Below are positions 37,177 through 45,824 of a DNA stretch of 64,000 nt, one piece after another; position 1 is the first letter of the stretch; every line of letters begins with the position of its first letter. A program made the position numbers and the translations under genes. The notes below the pieces were generated by a model that saw only the letters and a list, made by a program, of their open reading frames with translations, was not told the DNA's origin and ran no database searches. This stretch comes from Oscillospiraceae bacterium (GTDB lineage: Bacteria > Bacillota > Clostridia > Oscillospirales > CAG-272): contig SVSR01000004.1 in assembly GCA_015064205.1 (NCBI GenBank), forward strand, positions 35,092-99,091. The letters are read 5' to 3'.

Positions 37177-37205
37177 TTGACAAAACTTTAGTGCGGTGAT
37201 ATAAT
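37177..37205 (+). promoter_or_regulatory. Consensus sigma-A promoter of the T-box/trpB unit
   Basis: TTGACA (37177-82), 17 nt, TATAAT (37200-05). Confidence 0.75.
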
Positions 37206-37211
37206 ACATTC

Positions 37212-37486
37212 ATCATCAAAGAAAAACCTATGATTAAGAGTAGTAACCTGAGCTATAACACTCAAAGAGAGCTGCGGATGGTGAGATCGCGGCAGTGGCG
37301 GATCAGGAGAATGGACTTATGAGGGCGACCGAAAGCGTATATATGCAAGTAGCAGTCGACGGTTTTACTCCCGTTACAGAGTGGCTCGTATGCCGGTACG
37401 AGATGAGTGGATGAATCTTCATCAAATTGGGTGGCACCGCAGTTTATTATTTACTGTCCCTGCAAATATAGCAGGGACAGTTTTTT
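37212..37486 (+). promoter_or_regulatory. T-box riboswitch, Trp specifier (UGG)
   Basis: Stem I elements GAGUAGUA and AGAGAG..GGUGAGA. Specifier context GAA-UGG-A (UGG at 37312-14). T-box sequence AAUUGGGUGGCACCGC (37425-40). Terminator CTGTCCCTGC-aaatata-GCAGGGACAG + T6 (37454-86). Confidence 0.85.
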
Positions 37487-37584
37487 ATACGGGGAGGAAT
37501 AAAATGCTTTTCGTTAAACGATGGCGACCTTAAGTTTTTGCCTGCACGTAAAAATTAAAACTCATAATAAAAAGGAGAAATATA

Positions 37585-38802
37585 ATGAACTTCAACAATA
37601 TAAATTTTGACACGTATTTTCAGAATTATCCCAATGACGAGGGCTTTTTCGGCCCATATGGCGGCTGTTATATTTCAGACGACCTCAAAGCAGCGATGGC
37701 GGAGATAACCGACGCCTACTATTCAATTTGTCAGTCGCGTAAATTTATAGACGAGCTTCGCCGTATCCGCAAGGAATTTCAGGGCAGACCTACACCCGTT
37801 ACACATCTTGAGAGGTTAAGTAACTCTATCGGTAACGTTCAGCTTTACGCAAAGCGTGAGGACCTTAACCATACGGGAGCGCACAAGCTCAATCACTGTA
37901 TGGGCGAAGCACTTTTGGCAAAATATATGGGCAAAAAGAAGATTATCGCCGAAACGGGTGCAGGACAGCACGGTGTTGCTCTTGCCACAGCCGCGGCATA
38001 CTTCGGTCTTGAGTGCGATATTTACATGGGTTCTGTCGATATAAAGAAGCAGGCTCCAAACGTTGCAAGAATGAAGATACTCGGAGCTAACGTTGTTGAG
38101 GTAACACACGGGCTCGCTACTCTTAAAGAGGCTGTTGATGCTGCATTTGCCGCATACAGCAGGGAGTATAAAGACTGTATCTACTGCATAGGCTCGGTTG
38201 TAGGACCTCATCCCTTTCCAATGATGGTAAGAGATTTCCAGTACGTTGTAGGTGAAGAGGCGAGAGCTCAGTTTATCGAAATGACGGGACATCTTCCCAC
38301 GGCTATTACTGCTTGTGTTGGCGGCGGCTCGAACTCTGCAGGCTTCTTTGCAGGATTTTTAAATGACCCCGTAAGCATTTACGGCGTTGAGCCTCTCGGA
38401 CGCGGAACAAAGCTCGGCGATCACGCCGCAAGTCTTCAGTACGGCACAGAGGGAATCATGCACGGCTTCAACAGCATTATGCTCAAAGACGAAAACGGCG
38501 AGCCTGCTCCTGTTTATTCGGTAGCAAGCGGACTTGACTATCCTTCGTCGGGTCCAGAGCACGCATTCCTTCGTGATATTGGCAGAGTTAAGTATGATAC
38601 TGTCGGCGACGAAGATGCAGTTGATGCATTCTTTAAGCTTTCGAGAATGGAAGGGATTATTCCTGCAATCGAGAGCAGCCACGCAGTTGCGCACGCAATC
38701 CGTCTTGCAAAGGAAATGAAGAAGGGGTCTATCCTTATCTGTCTCTCAGGCAGAGGTGACAAGGATATGGACTATATCATTGAAAATTACGGAATCAGGT
38801 AA
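37585..38802 (+). CDS. trpB: Tryptophan synthase beta chain, stand-alone (no trpA or other trp genes nearby)
   Basis: [14 protein letters not shown] (PLP Lys), [12 protein letters not shown]-like [27 protein letters not shown]. Confidence 0.9.
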   Translation: MNFNNINFDTYFQNYPNDEGFFGPYGGCYISDDLKAAMAEITDAYYSICQSRKFIDELRRIRKEFQGRPTPVTHLERLSNSIGNVQLYAKREDLNHTGAHKLNHCMGEALLAKYMGKKKIIAETGAGQHGVALATAAAYFGLECDIYMGSVDIKKQAPNVARMKILGANVVEVTHGLATLKEAVDAAFAAYSREYKDCIYCIGSVVGPHPFPMMVRDFQYVVGEEARAQFIEMTGHLPTAITACVGGGSNSAGFFAGFLNDPVSIYGVEPLGRGTKLGDHAASLQYGTEGIMHGFNSIMLKDENGEPAPVYSVASGLDYPSSGPEHAFLRDIGRVKYDTVGDEDAVDAFFKLSRMEGIIPAIESSHAVAHAIRLAKEMKKGSILICLSGRGDKDMDYIIENYGIR

Positions 38803-38820
38803 TAACAAAATCTATGTTAA

Positions 38821-38865
38821 AACAAGTGCACCCCAAAAGATAAAAACTTTTGGGGTGCACTTGTT
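38821..38865. terminator. Bidirectional terminator
   Basis: 19-bp stem AACAAGTGCACCCCAAAAG..CTTTTGGGGTGCACTTGTT. Confidence 0.8.
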
Positions 38866-38877
38866 TTGCAGAGAATT

Positions 38878-39474
38878 TTATTTCATTTGAGTGTAGTTAT
38901 CTGTATACATATATCCGACAGAACGAACGGATCTTATCACGTTTATACCAAACGCCGCTCTGATCTTTGAACGCAGATAATTTATATACACGTCCGTTAT
39001 ATTCGCCTGACTGTTGCCGTCACTTTTCCATACGTTTGACAAAATATCTTTTCTTGATACAGGCCTATCTGCATGAAACTGCAGATATTTAAAAAGCTTT
39101 GCTTCTTTATCGGTCAGGATAACGCTTTTGCCGTCTGATATAAGTTCATGCCCCTCTAAAACAAGTCTTGTTTCAAACTTTGTGTATAAATGCTCATACA
39201 TGTCGCAAAGTTCGTGCCGAAGTTCATCCCACAAGAAAGGCTTTTGAAGCACTCTTGCAATACCACGGGGTATCTTTTCGCCGCTCTCGCAGAGGTATAT
39301 GCATTTGGACGGTTCGTATTCCCCGCTGTAACCGTATGACGAATCTATAACGTTCATATTTCCGTCTGCACGCGAAGACATCCACGCCTTAAAATCAAGT
39401 TCTGATGCTATAAGCATTATAAGGCGCGCCGTATATTCATTTTTGCACAGTATTTTAACGCTGCACTTGCTCAT
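38878..39474 (-). CDS. Orphan OmpR-type winged-helix regulator with a degenerate (pseudo-)receiver domain
   Basis: C-terminus LTDKEAKLFKYL..DVYINYLRSKI..VRSVGYMY is a trans_reg_C wHTH. The N-terminal half keeps KPF, but KN replaces the acidic DD/DE pair (VKILCKNEY). No kinase gene is adjacent. Confidence 0.7.
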   Translation of the reverse strand: MSKCSVKILCKNEYTARLIMLIASELDFKAWMSSRADGNMNVIDSSYGYSGEYEPSKCIYLCESGEKIPRGIARVLQKPFLWDELRHELCDMYEHLYTKFETRLVLEGHELISDGKSVILTDKEAKLFKYLQFHADRPVSRKDILSNVWKSDGNSQANITDVYINYLRSKIRAAFGINVIRSVRSVGYMYTDNYTQMK

Positions 39475-39606
39475 ATCGACCTCATAATTTTTGTAATTAC
39501 CTTAATTATATATCAACTTTCCCAAAAAAGCAAGCAATCGCTTGACAAGCAGTAAAAATAAAGATAAAATTATAATAATTATTTTATTTTACAAAGGTAT
39601 ATTTTC

Positions 39607-40428
39607 ATGTCAAACAAAAAGCCCAAATTAACAAAAGAAGAGAAAGACCTTCTTAAAGGTCATCGCGAAAGGCTCAGAAAACGATATATCACTCAGGATA
39701 AAGACTACATGAACGATGCAAGGCTTTTAGAGCTTCTTCTCACATACTCTATTCCTGTTCAGGACGTTTATCCTATCTCAGTAAAGCTTCTTGCCAAATT
39801 CGGTGATATTGAAAACGTTCTATCGGCAAGTATTGACGAGCTTTGCACGGTTAACGGCATAGGGTCAAGTACTGCTATACTTATAAATATGCATGCAGCT
39901 CTTAACAGAAGATGCGTAATTGCGCAGAACAGCCGTAAAACGTTCAATGATACAACTGCTCTTGCAAAAAAGATATGCGAGCTTTATTTCGGCGTCAGAG
40001 GCGAAAAATTGATGATACTTACATTTAACGCTTCTATGCAGCTTTTAAATTACGAGTGGCTCTCATCAGAGCACCCGTCTGAATGCTCGTTTGACCAAAG
40101 AGAGCTTTCAAAGATACTGCTTCGCGACGACGTTGCAAAGGTTGCTATTGCGCATAACCATCCAAACGGTGACGTTGCTCCATCAAGGGAAGATATACGA
40201 GCGGCTATGGAATTAAACAGAATAATAACGTCAATGTCGGTAGAACTTGTTGATATATTTATCGTTTCCGGCTATAAGTACTTTAAGCTGAGTGATTCTG
40301 TTCGCTTTGTGGGTGATTTCAAAGCCAATGACGACAGTTTGTACTCAAGTGTATTTGACGAGGATGAAGATTCTGTGATACACCCCGATTTTGCCGAAAC
40401 CATTATAAAAAAAGAACTTGAAAAGTAA
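39607..40428 (+). CDS. radC: RadC-like JAB/MPN-domain protein
   Basis: N-terminal HhH-like region (LLELLL..) and JAMM motif IAHNHPNGDVAPSREDI. C-terminal acidic extension of about 40 aa. Confidence 0.85.
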   Translation: MSNKKPKLTKEEKDLLKGHRERLRKRYITQDKDYMNDARLLELLLTYSIPVQDVYPISVKLLAKFGDIENVLSASIDELCTVNGIGSSTAILINMHAALNRRCVIAQNSRKTFNDTTALAKKICELYFGVRGEKLMILTFNASMQLLNYEWLSSEHPSECSFDQRELSKILLRDDVAKVAIAHNHPNGDVAPSREDIRAAMELNRIITSMSVELVDIFIVSGYKYFKLSDSVRFVGDFKANDDSLYSSVFDEDEDSVIHPDFAETIIKKELEK

Positions 40429-40432
40429 AAAC

Positions 40433-40464
40433 AGAAGCCATGAGATTTAAAACTCATGGCTTCT
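40433..40464. terminator. Bidirectional terminator (radC / helicase)
   Basis: AGAAGCCATGAG-atttaaaa-CTCATGGCTTCT. Confidence 0.75.
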
Positions 40465-40466
40465 TT

Positions 40467-42974
40467 CTATTCATTTTCACGCCAGAATCTGTCGAGCATC
40501 GCTTTAAGTGAGCGCTTATCCCCGATAAGCTTCATATGTTTCCAATGAGAAGGATACATTGATGCATATTCACGCGTCTGATATCTGTCATCAATAAGCA
40601 GTATAACTCCGCGGTCGCTTTCGCTTCTTATAACGCGTCCTGCCGCCTGAAGCACCTTTGTCATTCCGGGGATACGGTAGGCATAATCGTATCCGCGCAT
40701 ATACTCGTCGTCCGATCTCTGATTGTAATAATCGCAGATCATATTCGAGTCGTCGTTGATTGACGGGAGTCCTACACCGACAATGGCGCATCCTATAAGT
40801 TTTTCGCCGCTATAATCTATTCCCTCTGAGAATACTCCGCCAAGTACACCAAAGGCAAGCATAGACTGCGTTTTTTCTTCATCGGCACTTTTGGGACTTT
40901 GCGATGTGATACTGCCGAAAAATTCGCTTCCGCGAACCAGCCCCAGCCCTGCAAGGTCCAAGCGCTTCTCTTTCGCAGGTTTTGTTTCGAAGCTTGCCAT
41001 GTCTATACCCTGCGCTCCCTTATCAAAGCTTTTGATATAATCGTCACGCTCGCGCTGTGACATATCGCTTTTCTGAATGATAGTTTTAACCGATGGGTAC
41101 TTTTTCAAAAACGCTGTATGTATCTCGCTCATGTATTTATAAGACGGGAAAAAGGCTATGTAGTTTCCGTCCCTTGACGAGATAAGCGTATAGAGCATAT
41201 CGGCAAGTGCAGATGCCGTTGCATGCCTGTCATCAAGACGGGTACTGAATTTATACGTTGCGGCAAGGCAGAGATTTTCTTTCGGAAAAGGTGAATCCAA
41301 TACAAGCGTCAGGTCTTTATCTTCTCCGCCGAGCACGCTTTTATAGTAGTCGCACGGCGAAAGAGTTGCCGAAAAGAAGATCGCAGCGCGGCCGCACGAA
41401 AGCCTGTCTTTTATAACGCCCGAGGGATCTATGCACACCTGCCTGAACGTATATTCTCCGTTTCTGTATTCTATAAGACTTAAATATTTTTCGTCGTAAT
41501 ACTCAGCTATTTTCAGATATTTCTTTATTTCAAAATAAAGGGCGGTCATACGCTTTGGTAGCTCAGACTTATCCCTGAAATAAAGCTCAAACGCCTCTAT
41601 AAGATCTGCAAGCTTTGTATTAAGCTTTCCAAACGGCTTTGTACTTTTGAATACTCCAAGCTCGCCTTCGCGCCGCGTGTTTATCTCAATGAAATTCTTG
41701 GCGCTGTTCATATATTCAAAAACTTCATAAAGCTTTGGGAAAAGTATCTTTTCCCCGGAACTGTGGTTTAATAAAAGCTCGTTTAGATCGCGGCTTTTTA
41801 TACTGTACGAATACATATCCCTTGCCCTTTGCGCAAGGTTATGAGATTCGTCAATGAGGAATATGTAGTCGCCGCCTTGCGTAAAGTATCTTCTTAAAAA
41901 GACCATCGGGTCAAATAGGTAATTGTAATCACATATTACAAGCTCACACCACTCTGATACGGCAAGGGAAAGCTCATACGGACATACCTTGTGCCGAATT
42001 GCATATTGCTGTAATATTTCAAAATCGAAAAGCCGCTCGTTTTCCAGCGCTTCTCTCAAGGCACCGTTTATACGGTCGTAATGTCCGCAGGCATTCCGGC
42101 ACGCTGTGGGGTCGCACTCTTCAAGTCCGCTCTGGCAGGCACGATCTCTTGCGCTTATTATTATACACGATGCATCAAGTCCTTTTTCGCACAAAAGCCT
42201 GAACGCATCACCTGCCGCATTTGCTATCGTGGTCTTTGAGGTGAAATAAAATATTTTCTCACCGTATCCGTTGCCCGCCGCTTTTACTGCAGGAAAGAGC
42301 GCGGACATTGTTTTACCGATACCTGTGGGCGCTTCGGCAAAGAGTTTTTTCTTTGTACATATAGCCTCAAGCGCATACTCTGCGAACTGCCGTTGACCGT
42401 CTCTGTACGATTCATATGGAAAAGCAAGCTTTTTTGCGCTTTTTTCGAATTTCAGACGTCTTTCAAGCTTTTCACGCAAAGTATCAAGATACTCTGAAAG
42501 AAGATTTTGAACAAAGACTTCAAGGTCCTCTCGCTCATAAGTATACTCAAAACTGATGGTTTCTTCTGTGGATATATCACTGTAGGTCATTCTTACGATT
42601 ATATTATCCAGTTCCTTTTCATCTGCATACAAATAGGCATAGCACATAGCCTGCGCAAGATGAGTCTTGCAGGGCTCGCCGCAAAGCTGTGCCAAAGGAA
42701 CGTTTACGCATTTTATTTCTTCGAGGATATATCCGCTTTCTGTCTGTATTATCCCGTCGGCTCTGCCGTTTAATACGATGCTGCCGTTTTCAAGTTCAAA
42801 GAGCTTTTTGAGGGTAACTTCAGGAGCATACACCGCGCCGCCCTGCTTTTGCAGTTTTTTATGTAATCTGACGCTTTCAACAACTCTTAAAGCACATCTG
42901 CGCATATCAATATTGCCGCTTGGCAACATTTTTTCACAAAGCTCACGAACAGATATATGTACGATCTCTGCCAT
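40467..42974 (-). CDS. Fusion of an N-terminal PD-(D/E)xK (RecB/Cas4-like) nuclease domain with an XPD/DinG-family Fe-S SF2 helicase
   Basis: Nuclease: GRADGII..YILEEIKC..HLAQAMCYAYLY. Helicase: Walker A APTGIGKT, four Cys C-x7-C-x4-C-x3-C (ACQSGLEECDPTACRNACGHY), DEAH box LIDESHNL, C-terminal QAAGRVIR. Confidence 0.85.
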   Translation of the reverse strand: MAEIVHISVRELCEKMLPSGNIDMRRCALRVVESVRLHKKLQKQGGAVYAPEVTLKKLFELENGSIVLNGRADGIIQTESGYILEEIKCVNVPLAQLCGEPCKTHLAQAMCYAYLYADEKELDNIIVRMTYSDISTEETISFEYTYEREDLEVFVQNLLSEYLDTLREKLERRLKFEKSAKKLAFPYESYRDGQRQFAEYALEAICTKKKLFAEAPTGIGKTMSALFPAVKAAGNGYGEKIFYFTSKTTIANAAGDAFRLLCEKGLDASCIIISARDRACQSGLEECDPTACRNACGHYDRINGALREALENERLFDFEILQQYAIRHKVCPYELSLAVSEWCELVICDYNYLFDPMVFLRRYFTQGGDYIFLIDESHNLAQRARDMYSYSIKSRDLNELLLNHSSGEKILFPKLYEVFEYMNSAKNFIEINTRREGELGVFKSTKPFGKLNTKLADLIEAFELYFRDKSELPKRMTALYFEIKKYLKIAEYYDEKYLSLIEYRNGEYTFRQVCIDPSGVIKDRLSCGRAAIFFSATLSPCDYYKSVLGGEDKDLTLVLDSPFPKENLCLAATYKFSTRLDDRHATASALADMLYTLISSRDGNYIAFFPSYKYMSEIHTAFLKKYPSVKTIIQKSDMSQRERDDYIKSFDKGAQGIDMASFETKPAKEKRLDLAGLGLVRGSEFFGSITSQSPKSADEEKTQSMLAFGVLGGVFSEGIDYSGEKLIGCAIVGVGLPSINDDSNMICDYYNQRSDDEYMRGYDYAYRIPGMTKVLQAAGRVIRSESDRGVILLIDDRYQTREYASMYPSHWKHMKLIGDKRSLKAMLDRFWRENE

Positions 42975-43131
42975 AGCATACCCTCCTTTTCAGACTTATA
43001 TATATTTTATAACAAAACAGTCAATATTGCAATAGGCACTTGTGTTTGTGATATTTTATGCCTCCACTTGAATTTTATTAAATTTATGATATAATATATA
43101 TTGTATATAAAAAGAAAGGTGTGTTTGAATA

Positions 43132-43944
43132 ATGCTTTGTGATATACTTGTATGCCCGAAATGCGGACAAGCCATTTCAAAAACTGCGGGCTCGTTTGTT
43201 TGCGAAAACAAACACACCTACGATATTGCTTCAAGCGGATACGTAAATTTCAACACCAAATTTGCCTCGTCGGGAGATTCCACCGATATGGTAAAAGCGC
43301 GCTCTCACTTTCTTGACGGTGGCTATTATGCCGATTTTTCAAACGTGCTTAAATCCATTATAACAAAACTATCTCCTCGAACGGTTGTTGATGCAGGATG
43401 CGGCGAGGGCTATTATTCAGCCGATATTGCCGATATTCCGGACGTAACTCTTCTTGGCTTTGATCTATCCAAATATGCCGTTAACAAAGCCGCCAAAAGA
43501 ACATCAAAGCATAAAGGCAACGCATTGTTTGCGGTTTGCAGTATTTTCGATCTTCCCATCAAAGACAACAGTATTGATATCGTTATGAGCCTGTTTGCTC
43601 CGCTTGCAGTTGACGAATTCACAAGAATAATAAAACCGGGCGGACATATCGTTATGGGCGTGGCAGGAAAAGATCATCTGTTAGGCTTAAAAAAAGCAAT
43701 TTATGATAACGTTTATAAGAACTCTCCCGAAAAAGTTATAGCTCCCGACGGATTTTTTGAAGCGTCGAGAGAAAAGATAAAATACACGGTCAGATTAAAA
43801 GGCAAAGAAGATATAAAAGCGCTCTTTGCCATGACTCCTTATTATTGGAAAACGTCAGAATCAGATGCGGCAAAGCTTGACAGTATTGAAGAGCTTGAAA
43901 CTTTACTTGATTTTGATATCATTGTATTTGAAAGGCGGGCTTAA
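43132..43944 (+). CDS. rlmA: 23S rRNA (guanine-N1)-methyltransferase, RlmA family
   Basis: N-terminal zinc ribbon LVCPKCGQ..FVCENKHTYD, SAM motif VVDAGCGEGYY. Confidence 0.8.
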   Translation: MLCDILVCPKCGQAISKTAGSFVCENKHTYDIASSGYVNFNTKFASSGDSTDMVKARSHFLDGGYYADFSNVLKSIITKLSPRTVVDAGCGEGYYSADIADIPDVTLLGFDLSKYAVNKAAKRTSKHKGNALFAVCSIFDLPIKDNSIDIVMSLFAPLAVDEFTRIIKPGGHIVMGVAGKDHLLGLKKAIYDNVYKNSPEKVIAPDGFFEASREKIKYTVRLKGKEDIKALFAMTPYYWKTSESDAAKLDSIEELETLLDFDIIVFERRA

Positions 43945-43947
43945 AAC

Positions 43948-44664
43948 ATGAAAACTTCAATAATTATTCCGGCGTATAATGAAAGCGCTGTTATTGAAAA
44001 AAATATGCAAAAGCTCGACTCTTATTTAAAAGAGTGCGGATTTAAATACGAAATAGTTGTTGTCAGCGACGGAAGCCGCGATAACACGCTCGAGATCGTC
44101 AGAGAAAAGCTTGCCTGTGATAACATAATAGATGCCGGATACGACGATAACCGTGGCAAGGGCGGTGCCCTTAAGGCCGGTATAAAGGTTGCATCGGGCG
44201 ATATTATTGTAACGACCGACGCCGATCTTGCTTATGGCACGGATGTTATAGAAAAAGCTATTCATTTAATGGAAAATGATCCCGATATAAAGATCCTTAT
44301 CGGATCCAGAAGTATTGCAAAAGACGGCTTTGCAGGATATCCGCCGATCAGAAGGCTTGCTTCCAAAATATATTTCAAAATGCTTTCAATTTACGCCGGA
44401 CTGAAAGTGAGTGATTCACAGTGCGGCTTTAAATGTTATAAAAACGCTGAAGCAAAACTGCTTTTCGACGAGCTTGAAAGCTTTGGTTTTGCATTTGACC
44501 TTGAGATACTTCTGAGAGCAAAAAAACACAATATAGAAATCCACGAAATGCCCGTGGTAATACAAAATCATGGACAGTCAAAAATAAACGTTGTAAAAGA
44601 TTCACTCAGAATGCTTTCTGACGTAACGAAGATAAAGAAGCGTTGTCAGAACAAAAAGAGGTAA
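43948..44664 (+). CDS. Family 2 glycosyltransferase (dolichyl/polyprenyl-phosphate hexosyltransferase-like), soluble
   Basis: SIIIPAYNE, VVVSDGSRDNT, TDADL (DxD). Starts 4 nt after the rlmA stop. Confidence 0.8.
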   Translation: MKTSIIIPAYNESAVIEKNMQKLDSYLKECGFKYEIVVVSDGSRDNTLEIVREKLACDNIIDAGYDDNRGKGGALKAGIKVASGDIIVTTDADLAYGTDVIEKAIHLMENDPDIKILIGSRSIAKDGFAGYPPIRRLASKIYFKMLSIYAGLKVSDSQCGFKCYKNAEAKLLFDELESFGFAFDLEILLRAKKHNIEIHEMPVVIQNHGQSKINVVKDSLRMLSDVTKIKKRCQNKKR

Positions 44665-44668
44665 ACAC

Positions 44669-45808
44669 ATGATTAAATTGATACACGCGGCAGATTTTCA
44701 TTTAGACAGTCCGTTTGCTATACTCGATCTGCAAAAATCAGAACTCAGACGGCAGGAAATGCGCGCGTCCTTTGAAGCACTTATCAATCTTGCATACTCC
44801 ACAAGAGCAAATTTAATGATAATCTCGGGAGATCTTTTCGACGGTGCTTTCGTTACTCACGAAACTCTGAGTATGATAACTCACGGCTTTGAAGCTATCC
44901 CCGACTGCCGGATCGTTATTACTCCCGGAAATCACGATCCGGCCGGCGAAGATAGTATTTATAATAAAATTAAATTTAGTGATAACGTGTACGTTTTCTC
45001 GTCCGACACGCTTACAAGCTTTGATTTTCCCGAGATAAACTGCACCGTTTACGGTTATGCCTTTACGTCAAAGTGTATGGAAAGATTCCCCGTGACCAAA
45101 GCACCCGAGCTTGATAAGACAAGAGTAAACATACTTGCAGCACATGCTGATATGACTTCTCCGATATCTACGTATGCTCCGCTCAGCGAGCGCGAGCTTG
45201 AATCTCTCGGATTTGATTATACGGCTCTTGGGCATATACACAATTCTGAGGGTGTCAAATCACTTTCATGCGGTGGATATTACGCATACAGCGGTTGCCT
45301 TGAAGGTCGAGGATTTGACGAAACTGGTGAAAAAGGCGTTATCACGGCAAGACTTGAAAAATCTGAAGGTAAGCTTAGCTTTGAATCAAAGTTTATACCA
45401 TTTTCAAAGCGTACGTACATAACTCATCAGCTTGACGTTACAGGATGCGAAAGCAATGGGGCAATACTTACCAAAATAAATCAGGCAATAAAAGAAGCCG
45501 GATACAATGATAAACACGCTGTTAAATTTATACTTACAGGGCTTCTTGCCCCCTCTCTCAGAGTGTTCACACACTACTTTGAAAAAGAGATAACATCTCT
45601 CTTTTTATTAAAGGTTGAGGACAATACTCTCCCGCTCTATGAATCGGCGGCCCTTAAAGCAGACCCGTCTATACGCGGAGCGCTGTTTGACAAGCTCAGT
45701 GTTCTTCTCGAAAGTGAAGATTCCGAAAAGCGCGAGATAGCCTCTATGGCGCTAAGATACGGTCTTATTGCGCTTGAGGGCGGAGAAACCTCGGATTTTA
45801 CTTATTGA
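44669..45808 (+). CDS. SbcD/Mre11-family nuclease (YhaO-like)
   Basis: All calcineurin-like motifs: HAADFHLD, ISGDLFD, TPGNHD, AAHADM, ALGHIH. Starts 5 nt after the GT2 stop. Confidence 0.85.
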   Translation: MIKLIHAADFHLDSPFAILDLQKSELRRQEMRASFEALINLAYSTRANLMIISGDLFDGAFVTHETLSMITHGFEAIPDCRIVITPGNHDPAGEDSIYNKIKFSDNVYVFSSDTLTSFDFPEINCTVYGYAFTSKCMERFPVTKAPELDKTRVNILAAHADMTSPISTYAPLSERELESLGFDYTALGHIHNSEGVKSLSCGGYYAYSGCLEGRGFDETGEKGVITARLEKSEGKLSFESKFIPFSKRTYITHQLDVTGCESNGAILTKINQAIKEAGYNDKHAVKFILTGLLAPSLRVFTHYFEKEITSLFLLKVEDNTLPLYESAALKADPSIRGALFDKLSVLLESEDSEKREIASMALRYGLIALEGGETSDFTY

Positions 45809-45824
45809 AAGGAAAAGTCAGAAT

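Noticed and set aside
38878-42974. wHTH regulator + RadC + nuclease-helicase as a single defence island
   Set aside because: The three genes are in divergent or convergent orientation with their own terminators. No mobile-element markers or typical defence partners are present, and the flanks are housekeeping genes.
45768-45824. Upstream start for the SbcC-like gene overlapping the SbcD-like gene
   Set aside because: Rad50/SbcC-type proteins begin right at the strand preceding Walker A (MIIEQIHIDNFG). The upstream 19 codons overlap the end of the previous gene.
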